The position numbers and the translations under genes were made by a program. DNA of 64,000 bases, from assembly GCA_964036045.1 (NCBI GenBank), contig OZ038379.1:32798001-32862000 (forward strand). Direction: 5' to 3'. The DNA comes from Eutreptiella sp. 'Long Island Sound 2002' (Eukaryota > Protista > Euglenida). Below, piece after piece: positions 21,441 to 33,360 of the stretch (position 1 is the stretch's first letter; every line of letters starts with the position of its first letter). Under the pieces are notes generated by a model. The model was not told where the DNA came from. It saw only the letters and a program-made list of their open reading frames with translations, and ran no database searches.

Positions 21441-22018
21441 GTTGCCTAGGGTGGGGGCGCTGTGTCACCTGTGTCACGCCATGAAGGTTTGCGACGGGCC
21501 TACTGGGGACCATATTGCAAGCCAGCGCGGCGGGGCGCCCGTACTCGTCCCGGGGCACATCCCCAAGGGAATCCTTCAGCATCCCCGGCCATGATGCGAA
21601 AGGCGGCCGTACTTTCGGGCCAGGTATTCCCCAAGGCGCCCGTACTCGTCCTGGGGCCCAGCCCCAAGGGGATTCCTGGATGCCCCCCGCACTCCTACGG
21701 CTTGGGGTCGCTGTGCTAGTCGTCGGCGTGACTTGGGGCGTATGTGTCCGTGTGCGATGGCTGTGCGGGGGCTGCCCCTGCTCCCGAACAGCCCGAAGAA
21801 GGTAACTGGGCATGCTCAGCAGTGACGTGTAGGGTGGCTATATTGCCCGCTCGGGTATTCTCCGAGGCGTCTGTACTCGTGCTGAGGCCCAGACCCGAGG
21901 GGAATCCTGGACACCCAAGGTACTCTTCCGGCTTGGGGTCGCTATGATGAGAGTTGGCAGGCACGCGGGCGTCATCGTCCGGTTGGTTGGCTATGATGGG
22001 GCTGCCCTTTCTCAGGGG

Positions 22019-22440
22019 TCATCCGCGGCGCCTGGTGCTGCCAATGGACACGGGGCGTGCCGTGGGGGTGTTCGTCACCCGTGTGGCCTTTGCGTGAACC
22101 CCTTCGGCTGTGTGCACGTGCAGTGCTTTGGAGACGGCGTCTGCAAAGTCGTACTTGGAGGCAACCCAGTAGATGCGTGGTGACACGCCGCCCCATCGTA
22201 AGGCATGGTGGATTCTGCGGAGTATTCCCTGCTGGCATCGCAACGGGGCCCGCACCCGTTGTTGTACCACTTGTTGCAGGTTCGCCACGTTGTCTCCTAC
22301 GATCCCGATGTCTTGACAGCCGCGGTGTGCCGCTAGATTGATAGCTTGATGTAGCCCATACCGTTTGGCCACCTGCTGTGATCGTACTCCCGTCTTGGAA
22401 TTCCTAAATTGCAACCACAGAGGAGCTGATACATCCACCA
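22019..22440 (-). pseudogene. Second RNase H domain remnant of a YR retrotransposon
   Basis: SQQVAKRYGLHQAINLAAHRG...IVGDNVANL...RIYWVASKYDFADAVSK. Confidence 0.7.
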
Positions 22441-23959
22441 TGGTGGATGTATAAAGCATGCAAGCACGGGCCACTAACTTTGCCCACCCTGAGTCACAGC
22501 ACCCAACATAGCATAGCCACATAAGCCATTGGCACAGAACCAGCATGGCTCTCACACTTTTCTAGCAGGAAACATAAACCTTCAGGGGGAAGGTCGGGCT
22601 GCCAGCCAACTCTAGAAGCCGCCTGCGCAATCCGCTTATGGATTTGCTGCACCACTAGGCCAATCCGACCGAGATCCTCACCGGCACGTACCGCAGCATT
22701 ATACCCCTGCAGGGTGGCCTGTTGCTCGCCAGCCTGTGCCTTGGCCGCTGGAAATTCCGCCAGTACCCCGGCCACCGGCGTCTCTCCTTGAGCTTCTTGA
22801 AGGGCTGCAATCTTGGCAAGCTTTTGGGCATCGGCCTTGCTAGGCCCACAATAGGACGGCCCAAGCATCAAGAACGCCGGGCTGGTCCTCGCGCCCCAAC
22901 ATGCACCAACGGGACCAGATCCAGGGATAGGAGCACTCACACTCCCCTGCGGCCGGTGCCGTGGCGGCAACTACGATTCTTGTGGCATTGTGGGACAGGG
23001 CGTCGCAAACCCTGCCCCCCATAGGCGCTGCTCAAAACCGAATGTGCCAATGCCTAGCTGCCATGGCAGCCCCTTTGTGGACCCATCTCCTGCAACCGGC
23101 GGACAGGGTGGACTCCACTGGAATCCACTTGCCCGCCCTCGTTTGCCAGCTCAGCATGCCTCCCACTTCCTTGAAATGTACATTCTTCTAATGGAAGTTG
23201 CTACCCAGCGCCCCTCTGGCTTTATCCAGCGACGCATAGAGGGACCTCCCCTTGGGCTCCTTCCTCGCTCGCGCCGTGTAGCACACCATGTACGCCGTGT
23301 GGGAGTTCTAGAGCACTGCCCATACTCTATACGCCTGCACGTGGTCCCTGGGGAGACAACCCCCTGCCTGGTCACTCCCTGCATGTTCTAGGGGGCCTTC
23401 GGAGCTGCTCCCCGGCCTCCATCTTGTCGACCCACTCCTTCGGCGCGCCCATGCACAGCCCCATCCATTGAGTGACCCTTTCTTCCCGCAGAAAATCCGC
23501 CACAGCCCCTGCCGAGAGGTCGGGAATGGCCGCCTCCTTCTTCAGGGTGGTTCTCTCCAGTTCCATATGGAGCCTCTCAATCTCCTTCGCCTAGGCCTCC
23601 ATCTTCTGTGCCATTTGGAGCATTTTTGACTCTGATCCGTTGTCGAAGTCTCCCATCCTAACTTGTGCACACACACAAACACAAACAAAAAAATGGACAA
23701 AAACTTGCCTGTTGAAAAAGAAAAGCAAACAATTGTTTTTGGTAAAAAAAAAAACAAGGGTTCTTGTAGTTGGACAGAGCGCTGGGCAATGTCATACTGG
23801 AGTCTTGTTGCTGTCTTGGCATGTGTGTTCGCGCGGTGTATGTCGTTTTGGGTTGCATTGAGTACCGTGTGGAGCCGAAGCTCACATATGTGGTTCACTC
23901 GCATTTCAAGCGATATCCGAGGACCGGTTCAGTGATTTTGAGCAACTCAACGCAAGAGC

Positions 23960-24063
23960 AAAGCACCTCACTGCATGACCAGCGCAACTCACTGCATGAC
24001 CACCACAACTCACTAAATGACTGGCTCACCTCACTACATGACCAGCACAACTCACCGCATGGT
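23960..24063 (+). repeat. 21-bp minisatellite (CACCTCACTGCATGACCAGCG-like)
   Basis: About five degenerate tandem units; the inverted counterpart is at 25226-25420. Confidence 0.8.
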
Positions 24064-25225
24064 GTCTAGTTATGGAAAACACGGGAAAGATGGCCAAGGT
24101 TGACCGCTTGGCCGATGCCTTGGGTATATTCTGATTTTGGAGGATGCCATATCGTTGCTACCCGCGGCTGTGACCGCCAAATACACAACCCCCAGAAACT
24201 ACAACCCACTTTGGTGAGGACCACCACCCTCAAGAAGAGGACCCAAACAGTCAGGGAGCAGTTCTTGGGTACTTTTTAGGGGTTAGGGTTGGTGAGGAGC
24301 ACATGGTTGTTGTCGGCACCCCATTATTTGCACCCCATTCCGCCTTTTGCGCACCACTAGCACTCTGTGACACACATCCTTGAATTAGTCAAAAGAGATG
24401 TATTGGGACACTACGCTGTGGGCTTGGTTGCTTGACTATAGACCAAGACACAAAACTTTTTGAAGGGCAAAGTTACTGTGGTGCATCATCGTAGGCTTCA
24501 AATTTTTTGCCCCATTTTGCTCACCAATCCTTGCCATACATGTCGGAGTACAAAGTACAGTAATGCAAGGTGATCTAAATAGCATTTGCCGTTGCCCTTC
24601 CCCTTCCTTTGTTACTTCCCCGGCAGCGGTGGCGGCTAGAGGGGAGCCCCGGCCTCCCACGCTTGGTTGTGGTGGGGGCTTTGGAGCCACCGGCGGATGG
24701 TCTCAGGCGTGTGGGGCTGTGGGAGATCCTGGACGACATCGCGCAAGAGGGCCTCGCAGTGGGGCTGGGGCATGGCACGATTGGGGGTCGGCACTCTGGG
24801 GTCGGAGGGGGTTCGGGTCCCGAGCTGCTAGCAGGAGTGGAGGCGGGAGCGTTGTTGGCTGTGGCCCGCTCCTCCCACCCACCTGACCCACCTACGGAGC
24901 TCGGGTAGGGCGGGTTCGAACCACCAAGTGAGGTCGGCGGGGGGGGGGGGGGGGTTGGTGCGGGGGCGTGGGGGCGAGAGGGAGCATGCTCTTGGGGGCG
25001 AGGGCTGGGTTCGCTTGCCCGCGTGGGGGACCTTCTGTGGGGGAGGGAGGATGGTTGTCTTCCGCGTTGGGCGGTGGGGGGTTCGCCCCGGAGGGGGGGG
25101 GGGGGGGGGGGCGTTGGGGGCTGTGGGCTCTGTTGTCGGTGGTAGGCGTGGGTGGGCTGGTGGGGAGGGTGGGATGGCGGGGAGAAATCCCCGCCGGGCT
25201 CTGGGCCCATGTGTCGGTGCTCTAG

Positions 25226-25420
25226 TCATGCAGTGAGGTGAGCTCGTCATGCTGTGGGTCGCGCTCGTCGTGTAGTGAGGTGCTTCGGTCATGCAGTGAG
25301 TTACACTGGTCATGCAATGAGGTGCTTTGGTCAGGCAGTGAGTTGCGATGGTCATGCAGTGACTTACACTGGTCATGCAATGACGCGCTCTCGTGATGCA
25401 GTGAGTTGTGCTGGTCATGG
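25226..25420 (-). repeat. 21-bp minisatellite, inverted relative to 23960-24063
   Basis: About nine units of GGTCATGCAGTGAGNTRCRCT. Confidence 0.85.
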
Positions 25421-25539
25421 TGTCCATGGTGTTCGATTTGATTACCCCGTGCGGTACCTTTGTGAACCATATGGCACTGATTCACTTCCTTGTTGCGTCA
25501 GTGATGGGCTTGCAGTCTTGTAGGTCCCTAATGTGAATT

Positions 25540-26160
25540 GGCTACATAGCCCCTACCGTCTTGGGGGGCCACATTTGGGCAAAATGACTACACAACTCCC
25601 GTTGTCTTGGGGGTCCCCAATGTAGGGATATAATCAAAACTGGCTACATAACCTCTACCATTGTGGGGGCGCACAAATAAATAGCTTCAGAAACTTTGGT
25701 GTCTAGGGGGTCCCCAAAGCGGGGATGAATTCAGAAATGGCGGCAAAAACTAGTTGTGCGTGAAGGCAAAGGGCACCAACAAGCAACCAAAGTGGGCACA
25801 CCCAAAGCAATTGCGGAACAGTTGCGGAAAAATGCGAAATTGTGGACCTCAACCCCCCACCCTTGTACATAAGCCCCACTGTCTTGGGGGCCGCATGTGG
25901 ACAAAATGGCAATAAAACCTAGGCTGTCTTAGGGGCCCGCAAATGACCAAAGTGGCAACATAACCCCCACATGTGGGCAAAATGGCTACATAACCTCTGC
26001 CGTCTTGGGGGTCCCAAGTGTGGGGACAAAATCAAAGTGGCTTCACAATGCCTGTCTTCTCGGGGTCACGAAAGTGGGGGAGGAATGGCTGCATAACCCC
26101 ATAACCCCTGCCATCTTGGGGGCCCCAACGTGGGGAGAAGTGGCTACATAATCTATGCCG
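25540..26160. repeat. Degenerate tandem repeat (GGCTACATAACCCC...GTCTTGGGGGYCCC...)
   Basis: Motifs recur roughly ten times with variable spacing. Confidence 0.75.
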
Positions 26161-28053
26161 TCTAGAGGTCTGCACAGCGGGAAATATTCAAATAGAGAGG
26201 AAAAAGTGTTTTCGCTGTAAATGCGAGCTTTTTTTCCCGTTGCAAGCAAGAATAACTTTTTTTTGCTGTAAACATGGGTGCCAAAAAGTCGTGAGTGTGT
26301 ATTTCTTTTTCACTGCAAACATGATAACCAAAAAAATCCGTAGTTGGTGTAATTGTTTTTTGCCCTACACACAAGTACCCGGTTCTGCATTACTTGCCAA
26401 TGCGATTTTTCTGGTACTCTAATTAACAGAAAAAAATTGCTCGGCTGTACAATTTTTTTTGCACTCAAATTTACAACAAAAAAAATACACGACGTACAAC
26501 AAACATGTCAAACTTTTTGATCCCCCTCCCTTCCAAAAAAAAAAGGTGATGCAGACAGTGGGTCCGAAAGCAAGAAAAAGGCTTTTCTAGAAGTGTCTGC
26601 CTCATGAAGTTTTTTGCATGGTTCGGCATAAAAAACAAACGCACCACTTGGCCCCTCAACACATGCTAAGCCAATTTCCCAATGCAACCAATGCAACGTG
26701 TTTATCGATGCCAAAAAAACACTTGGTGCAATAAAAAATACTGAAACCAAATCATCAAGATAAATGCCACACCCCGAACCCCCAAAAAGCCCATGCCGCT
26801 GGGAACAACACCAAACTGCTCAACCCCAGCACAAGATCAAAGGACAAGGTATCGCACGCAATTTGCAGAGAAGATGTTACTGTTGGAAGCTACAAACCAT
26901 TGACTTTAGTGTGCCTGTCTTTCAAAGTAGCGTTATGCAAATTGTCCAACTCATTCAACTGGAGGGAACCCTTTCAACCTGACTCATTGGGAAGGGTTCC
27001 TCCTTCGGTGGAGATCCGATGTGGTCCTTGCCCAGTGGTCATGTGCATAGACACATTTGCCGTTTCTAGTAGATGACAGGCCATCACACAATCCAAACTT
27101 GGGCTGAACTCAGCATGTTTCCATGCTATCTGCGTGACTATACAGAGGCTGTCTTCTGTTCATGTGTCAACATCTCCCTGAGCGAACACCTAGGTAGATG
27201 GGTACTTTTGATTCTCCTATAAATGTGCTGCATCCCAGAACAACTCACAATTAGGGATAGGATGGTCCGCTTCCCTATGCCCACTGCCGCCGGCGCTTGG
27301 AAGGCTGCGTGTCATTTAATTGTGTGTGCATAACTGTGCTTGCACATGCATGTCCATGTAGCCCTGCACAAACCTGAAAAGAGGCCACAAATCAAACACC
27401 ACAAACTGTCCGCATAAATGGGTGGCTGGCTGCACACACATGCGCGCACGCATCCACTTGCACGTGTGCGTGCTGCTGCCAATAACGTCTGCAGCTTGGA
27501 AGCGGCCCCTAAACAGTGTCACTGTTTTGCAAATGCGGACAGCCTGCGTTGCTGCTCCCAATATTTGAGTTCTTAGCAAGACGGTTCTTAAAACCCTGCC
27601 GTGGCCACATGTGCCATTGAACCATCCAATCACACCGACGTGTGTAGCACATTGTCTAGTGTACACAGCACGAGATCATGGCCATGCTTTGACTGTTTGT
27701 TCGCAAAACACGTCCCTCCCCCAATTGCAGCAGTTGATTATACCAAACTGAAGGGCGTGGGTGGGTGGTTGGGGGCAAGGGGGCAGCCTGTGTGCCATGA
27801 GACTATTTGGTGCCTGTGCCAAACGGAGTGTTCAAGCGATCTTACACCGCGGGTGAGTGCGCCAAATCATGCCATGAACATTCATGGCCTAAACGTTTCC
27901 GTAGCCTATGCGCACGCGTGCGCGTGCGTGCGACATTACCCTGCAAAGGGAGCTAGCAGTCAGGGGGGGGCTGCTGACTGCCTCAGGCGATGAAAGGATG
28001 GGTTAGTGCGGTGGATGCTTGTGAGAAGGGTCAAACGGACCAAAAAGGCAAGA

Positions 28054-28341
28054 TCATTCCGTTTTATTGCGAGACGCAGGAGTCTCCTCATCGTCCCCTA
28101 CCTGCCACCCGATGAACATGATCACTCCGCAGGCGAACAAGACAACCACTGGCATTGCAAAGGCCAAGAGCATGGTCTCCTCGTTGAAGCCGATTAGAAA
28201 TGGAAGATAGCTTTTGGCGAACTTGTTCATTTTTCCTTTCATGCCCAGCCCAAACTCCGGCTCAGTGCCCTCCAAAACTGCTGTCAGATAATCCACGATC
28301 AGGTTTGCACCCGTGTTGGTGTCCTCCTTTTCAATTGCAGC
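28054..28341 (-). CDS. TMX3/PDI-like thioredoxin-fold membrane protein, last exon
   Basis: Acceptor tctgcag|GCTGCA, phase 0; 288 nt including stop; hydrophobic segment LLAFAMPVVVLFACGVIMFIGW followed by an acidic/basic tail ending RNKTE. Confidence 0.8.
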   Translation of the reverse strand, partial: AAIEKEDTNTGANLIVDYLTAVLEGTEPEFGLGMKGKMNKFAKSYLPFLIGFNEETMLLAFAMPVVVLFACGVIMFIGWQVGDDEETPASRNKTE

Positions 28342-31300
28342 CTGCAGACGTGAGAAATACAACACATGGCTCTGTAGCGCGGGCGACACACCTTTGGGCT
28401 CACGAGACTGTGAGTGTGCTGTACACATTGCTGCGGCCATACACAAAACATCGCTCGGCACCATTGATTTTAGCGCACATTTTCCTTCACATCTTCACTC
28501 ACGTCTTCATTTACATCTGCACCCGCATTGCCACTTGTGACTTGGATTAGCACTAAAATGCGTCCTTAGGGCATCAGTGTTGCAGTGGCAGTATTCTGAG
28601 ACGAGGCCAAGCAAAAGCATAAGAAGTGTGACCAATGGATAAAGAGCTGGCTATCCAGGGCTTTGCCCACCAACTAAGTAAACTTATGGCTGGTAGCTTT
28701 CTTAGACGTGCTGTGACAATGTATTTGTAGAACTGAACCAATTTTGTACAATGGCTTCCCATGTAAAAAAAGCAGCCTTGCCATAAAGTGTGCAACCCCA
28801 AACAAAGGAGAAGTCTGCAACCCCAAAACACCATGTGCATGGAAACAACACATTGGTATGAAATCTACCATTTAGCAGTCAACCAGTTGTGACCAACAAT
28901 GTGCTCCTCCAAATTCCTCACTCAAGCGCAAGCTACAGTGGAAGGATCTGGAGGAGAACACCCACAACAGCAGCAAACAACGTCCTTCGAACGGCACCAA
29001 CCGCCGAAAGTCATTTCACCTGCCATCCACGCTGTCTGAACTGAATAGAAAAGGAAACACATCAAAAATATCCCAGTTTGTCGAAATTTCGACCGATTGG
29101 CATGCAGGCTGCACTGATCTTGCAATCAGAGTCCCTAACGAAACGTGGTTTGGATCTATCTCGTCCATTGGCTGCAGTAAGCTTCAATCGGTCGCATTCC
29201 ATGGATGACATTGCAATGCACATCTCCTCGTATCCAACTCCCTTGCTGCTCCTGAGTACAACTGCACTACCTTCACATTCCAAAGTTTGTCTGACAGTCT
29301 CCCAAGTGCCTAAATGAATTGTTCGTGTCTCGCGTCCCCCAGATGCAGCGAGATTAAACGTCGCTGTAAATATGTCAATCGGAACTGCCATATTTGCTTT
29401 GTGTGTCTACCTGGGAGTCAAATTGCAAGGTTCAACGTCGATGCCAAGATGTGCAGTGTTCAGCTTTGAGCATGAAAATCCTTCGATGCAGTGCGAATCG
29501 TGTGTCGTGTCGCTTCGATAATTGCTGCCAATCGTGCAGTCTTACAAGCCTAGAATCCACAGAAATCTTGATAGCAACCACCACAGCTAGCGTGTCACTC
29601 TGTGATTCAATTGAAAGGTTCACAATTTTGCGATCAAAATTTCAACAGGACGGTCAACAAATATGATGGCTGCCTTCCTGAAGATCAAACATGTTGTAGA
29701 TGCGTTCACGGCAATTTCCCCAACCAACTTATCTAGATTTCAGCAGGGACCAAAAGGTAATGAATGGGGCAACTGAAATCATGATTGTCTTTCGGCTATG
29801 CAAGCTATTGTGGTCCTCCATGGCACCACGTTGAAATGCCTTCCAACTAACTACATAGCATTTCAGGCCTAAAAACACACCCTCTGAAGGCTCCCTTATT
29901 CCTACGCCCAGGTAAACACCGAAAGTTGAAATTATAACACCATCAATGAGGCATTTGCAGACTGGGGCACTAGATAGGCAAGCAGGCACATGCAGCTCAC
30001 GTTGCAAGAACAGCGGCAGGGCCTACCAAATGGGCATCATGGCACAGCCATCCTACCACAGGGACTTCTGGGTCTAGGTGCATAGGCGGAGCCCGGGTGC
30101 GCATGAGTTGTGCGCAAACTCATGGATTGGATGCAGGCTGAATGTGCACTCTACACGGACTGGGTGAGGGCTGGGTATTGGCAGCGTACACGCTTGGGAC
30201 CGTAGCATGCCCCCTGTGTGGCTTGGGCGTGCGATGAGTATCAGCCGAATGAGTGTATACTGTTTAAAATCTGATATCTAATATGGCAGCTTCATGGGAT
30301 AGAAGACATCATCATAAATGTCTAACATTCCTGTTCTCATAGCTTACAACCAAAAAAGAAGGAGGCGAAAAAGGCAACAAGAAAAGGGAAAGGCAACAGG
30401 AGGAGGCTGGAACAAGGGGGAAGGTAGCATGCTGGCAAGCACCAATGGTCCCCAAGAAATATTTGCTATGCCACGGTACGTTGCGGCTTCAAGCCGTAGG
30501 TGGGGGGTACCCAAATTTTCCAGAAGCTGAAACCTAACCCTGACCTGAAGCTCGCGGGCATATGAACCATCTCGTTGTGTCTTGTTTTTACCCAAAACAT
30601 GGTCCTTCAGGATGGTGCCATCCTTTTGATGACAGCCAAACTGCACATAAAGTACAACACAAGCTCCCATTTTGACCTTCACCGTGGGTGTCTGTACAAC
30701 ATAGGTACTGCCTGATGCCTTCTCCAATTGCCCACTGCAAAATATCTGTGGTACTCCTAGCTGTCTCCTTGTTCCTCTTGGGTTGTGTTGTCCCCTCCTC
30801 AGTGGGTTCAACAGTAGACATCAGAAGTTAAAGTGAAGAAAACAATGGTCCGTCAAAGCATAACACAGCAGAAAAAAAAGGAAAACCCAGGTTGGGCTAT
30901 GTGCCCCTACTCCTGCCCCTGCCAGGGTTGTTGCAGAATGCCACTCCAGGAATGGAACCAGAGTCCTCTCAATCACAGATGCACCATTTAACCACTAGAG
31001 CAGTGTCCATCTCTGATGAACGACTACACAGGGATGGGATTGATATTTTGGTCCCATATTTTCCCCCAAAAAACCCCCAACCCAATTTTCAGTGTGCTGT
31101 GGCATGCTGCGGCATGCTTCAACCGTTGGTGCTTGCATGCAGGGCTGTTACCAAAGGGGCAAGAAGCGTAGTTGGGCCAGGGAAAATAGCAGGCTGGGAA
31201 ATACAATAGAAGGGACCATGGGGGGCGGTGTAGGGCGGTCCACTATCACTAGGGGAGATAGGGGGGTCCAAGCCAAACCAATGAGACCAGACAATGCAGG

Positions 31301-32199
31301 GGAAATTAGGGAGGTGCACACCACGTCACCATCACTTGGGAAAATCATGGTGGTCACTGCGGGTACTCAAATCCGCGGTGCTGCCACGTAGTGTGGCGTG
31401 CCTTCGCAAAGGGCGAGGCACGTGCTACCTTGGCCTCATTTTGGCCACCTCGTATGTGCCATTGGCCCTCCGATCCAACTGCCAGGACGGCAGGCGGTTC
31501 AATTTGCCCCCTCGGTCCCCGCGTGGGGCCAACCCGCCTCCCAAGAAGAAGGTGAAGCCGCCTCTAGCGGCGGCCCTAGCACTAGCTCCCCCAACAGCCC
31601 CCCAAGCGGGAGGTGCCCTCTAGCCCCTTACGGTGCCCCTCGCATTTCCCCACTGCTGACCCTCCCCGTGCCCGGGGCGGGTGTTGGCCCTCGCCCACCT
31701 TGGGCCCAGGCCACGGCGCCCCCCAAGCCTGCCCTGCAGCACTATCTGGTGGTCGCCCCATGTAGCCACGGATGGGAAGGGGGGGGAGGGGGGCTGGAAA
31801 AACTTCTCCCCAGAGGTGAAAAATTTTTTCAACCTCAACACTTGCGCCCCCCCCCCCACCATCCCCCCCCCGACTCCGTACAGAAAAATTTCCACCCAAA
31901 GGGTACGCCTCACCCCCCACTATCCCCCCTTGGCCGACAAACCCACCTAATCCCCCCCTGCCCCCCCCCCCCCCCCCGCCGCCTTGCTCCGCCACCCACA
32001 CAAGATTACTTCTCTGGAGGCTGCCCTAGCTACCATGGCCAGGCCCGGCCAATCACAGGTTGCTATCCTAGCCGACTCACGGAGCTGCCGGGTTCCCAAT
32101 CCCCCCATTCCGCCGCCAATCCCCAACCCTACTCCCTAATTGGACAATTATGTGCCTCCCTCCAATGCCTCTGTTTTCAACGCCAACTCCATGAGCAAC

Positions 32200-33360
32200 T
32201 TCTCCTTGAAATACAAGATAGCCGAAAAAACAACCACAGCAACTTCAAGAACTGAGCCGTTTCCCAGGATTAATTAGCAAATCAAATACCCCCCCAAAAG
32301 CTCCGCCAAATGCCCCCAAAGTGGACCGGTGCTGTTGTGGAACCCCTTGACTTACCCAGTCTAAGTTTGAGGCCTTTTGCCCTTCAACGGCCACCCCTTA
32401 GCGAGCATAGAGAGCACACGACATCCCAAAAGAGCACCGGTAACTCCAAGAAAATGAGCCATTTCCGAAGATCCAATCAGCAAATCCCCCCCGCGCACCC
32501 GAAAAAAAACCCAAGATGCCCCCGAAATGGACCGGTGCTGTTGTGGAACCCCCCACATTACCCATGCCAGCCCGGCCGGTGCACCAAAGGTCTAAGTCTG
32601 AGATCTTTTGCCCTTCAACAGCCGCCCCCTAGCGAGCAGAGAGAGCACAAGACATCCCAAACACCCCAGCAGCTTCAAGAACTGAGCTGTTTCCTTTCCT
32701 ATCAACAATTTAAATACCCCCCACAAAGCCCCCCAAATGCCCCCAAAATGGACTGGTGTTGTTGTGGAACGCCCCCACTTACATATGCCAGCCAAGCCAG
32801 TGCATCAAAGCTCTGAGGCCTTGTGTCCTTCAACGGCCGCCCCCTAGCGAGCACAGAGAGCAAAAGACATCCCAAAACAACCCGATCAGCTTCAACAACT
32901 GAGTCGTTTCCCAAAAACTAATCACCAAATCAAAGACCCCCCAAAAGCCCCCCAAATAACCCCAAATTGGACCCGTGTGGTTGTGGAACCCTTTGACTTA
33001 CCCATGCCGGCCCGGCCAAGTGCATCAAAAGTCTAAGTCTGGGGCCTTTTGCCCTTCAACGGCCACCACCTAGCGAGCATAGAGAGCACAAGACATCCCA
33101 AAAAAAAAAACCCAACAGCTCCAAGAAATTGAGCCGTTTCCCAAGATCCAATCCACAATTTAAATACCCCAAACCCCCCATCCCAAATGCCCCCCAAATG
33201 GACCGGTGCTGCTGTGGAACCCCCGGACTTACCCATGCCACCCCGGCCTCTACATGAACGGTCTAAGTCTGAAACTATTTGCCCTTCAACGGCTTCCCCC
33301 TAGCAAGCAGAAAGAGCACAAGACATCCCGAAACAACCACACTAGCTCCAAGAGCTGTGT
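32200..33360. repeat. About five tandem copies of a 206-231-bp unit
   Basis: GGACCGGTGCTGTTGTGGAACCCC recurs at about 32323, 32529, 32750, 32969 and 33200. Confidence 0.9.

Noticed and set aside
24575-25210. Proline-rich ORFs here and at 6454-6966 and 31398-32255
   Set aside because: They arise from G/C homopolymer-rich sequence that is open in several frames; no domain evidence.
30245-30290. Resemblance to U2 snRNA (gagtgta...tttaaaatctgata)
   Set aside because: Only short patches match; the 5' stem, intact branch-pairing region and Sm site are absent.
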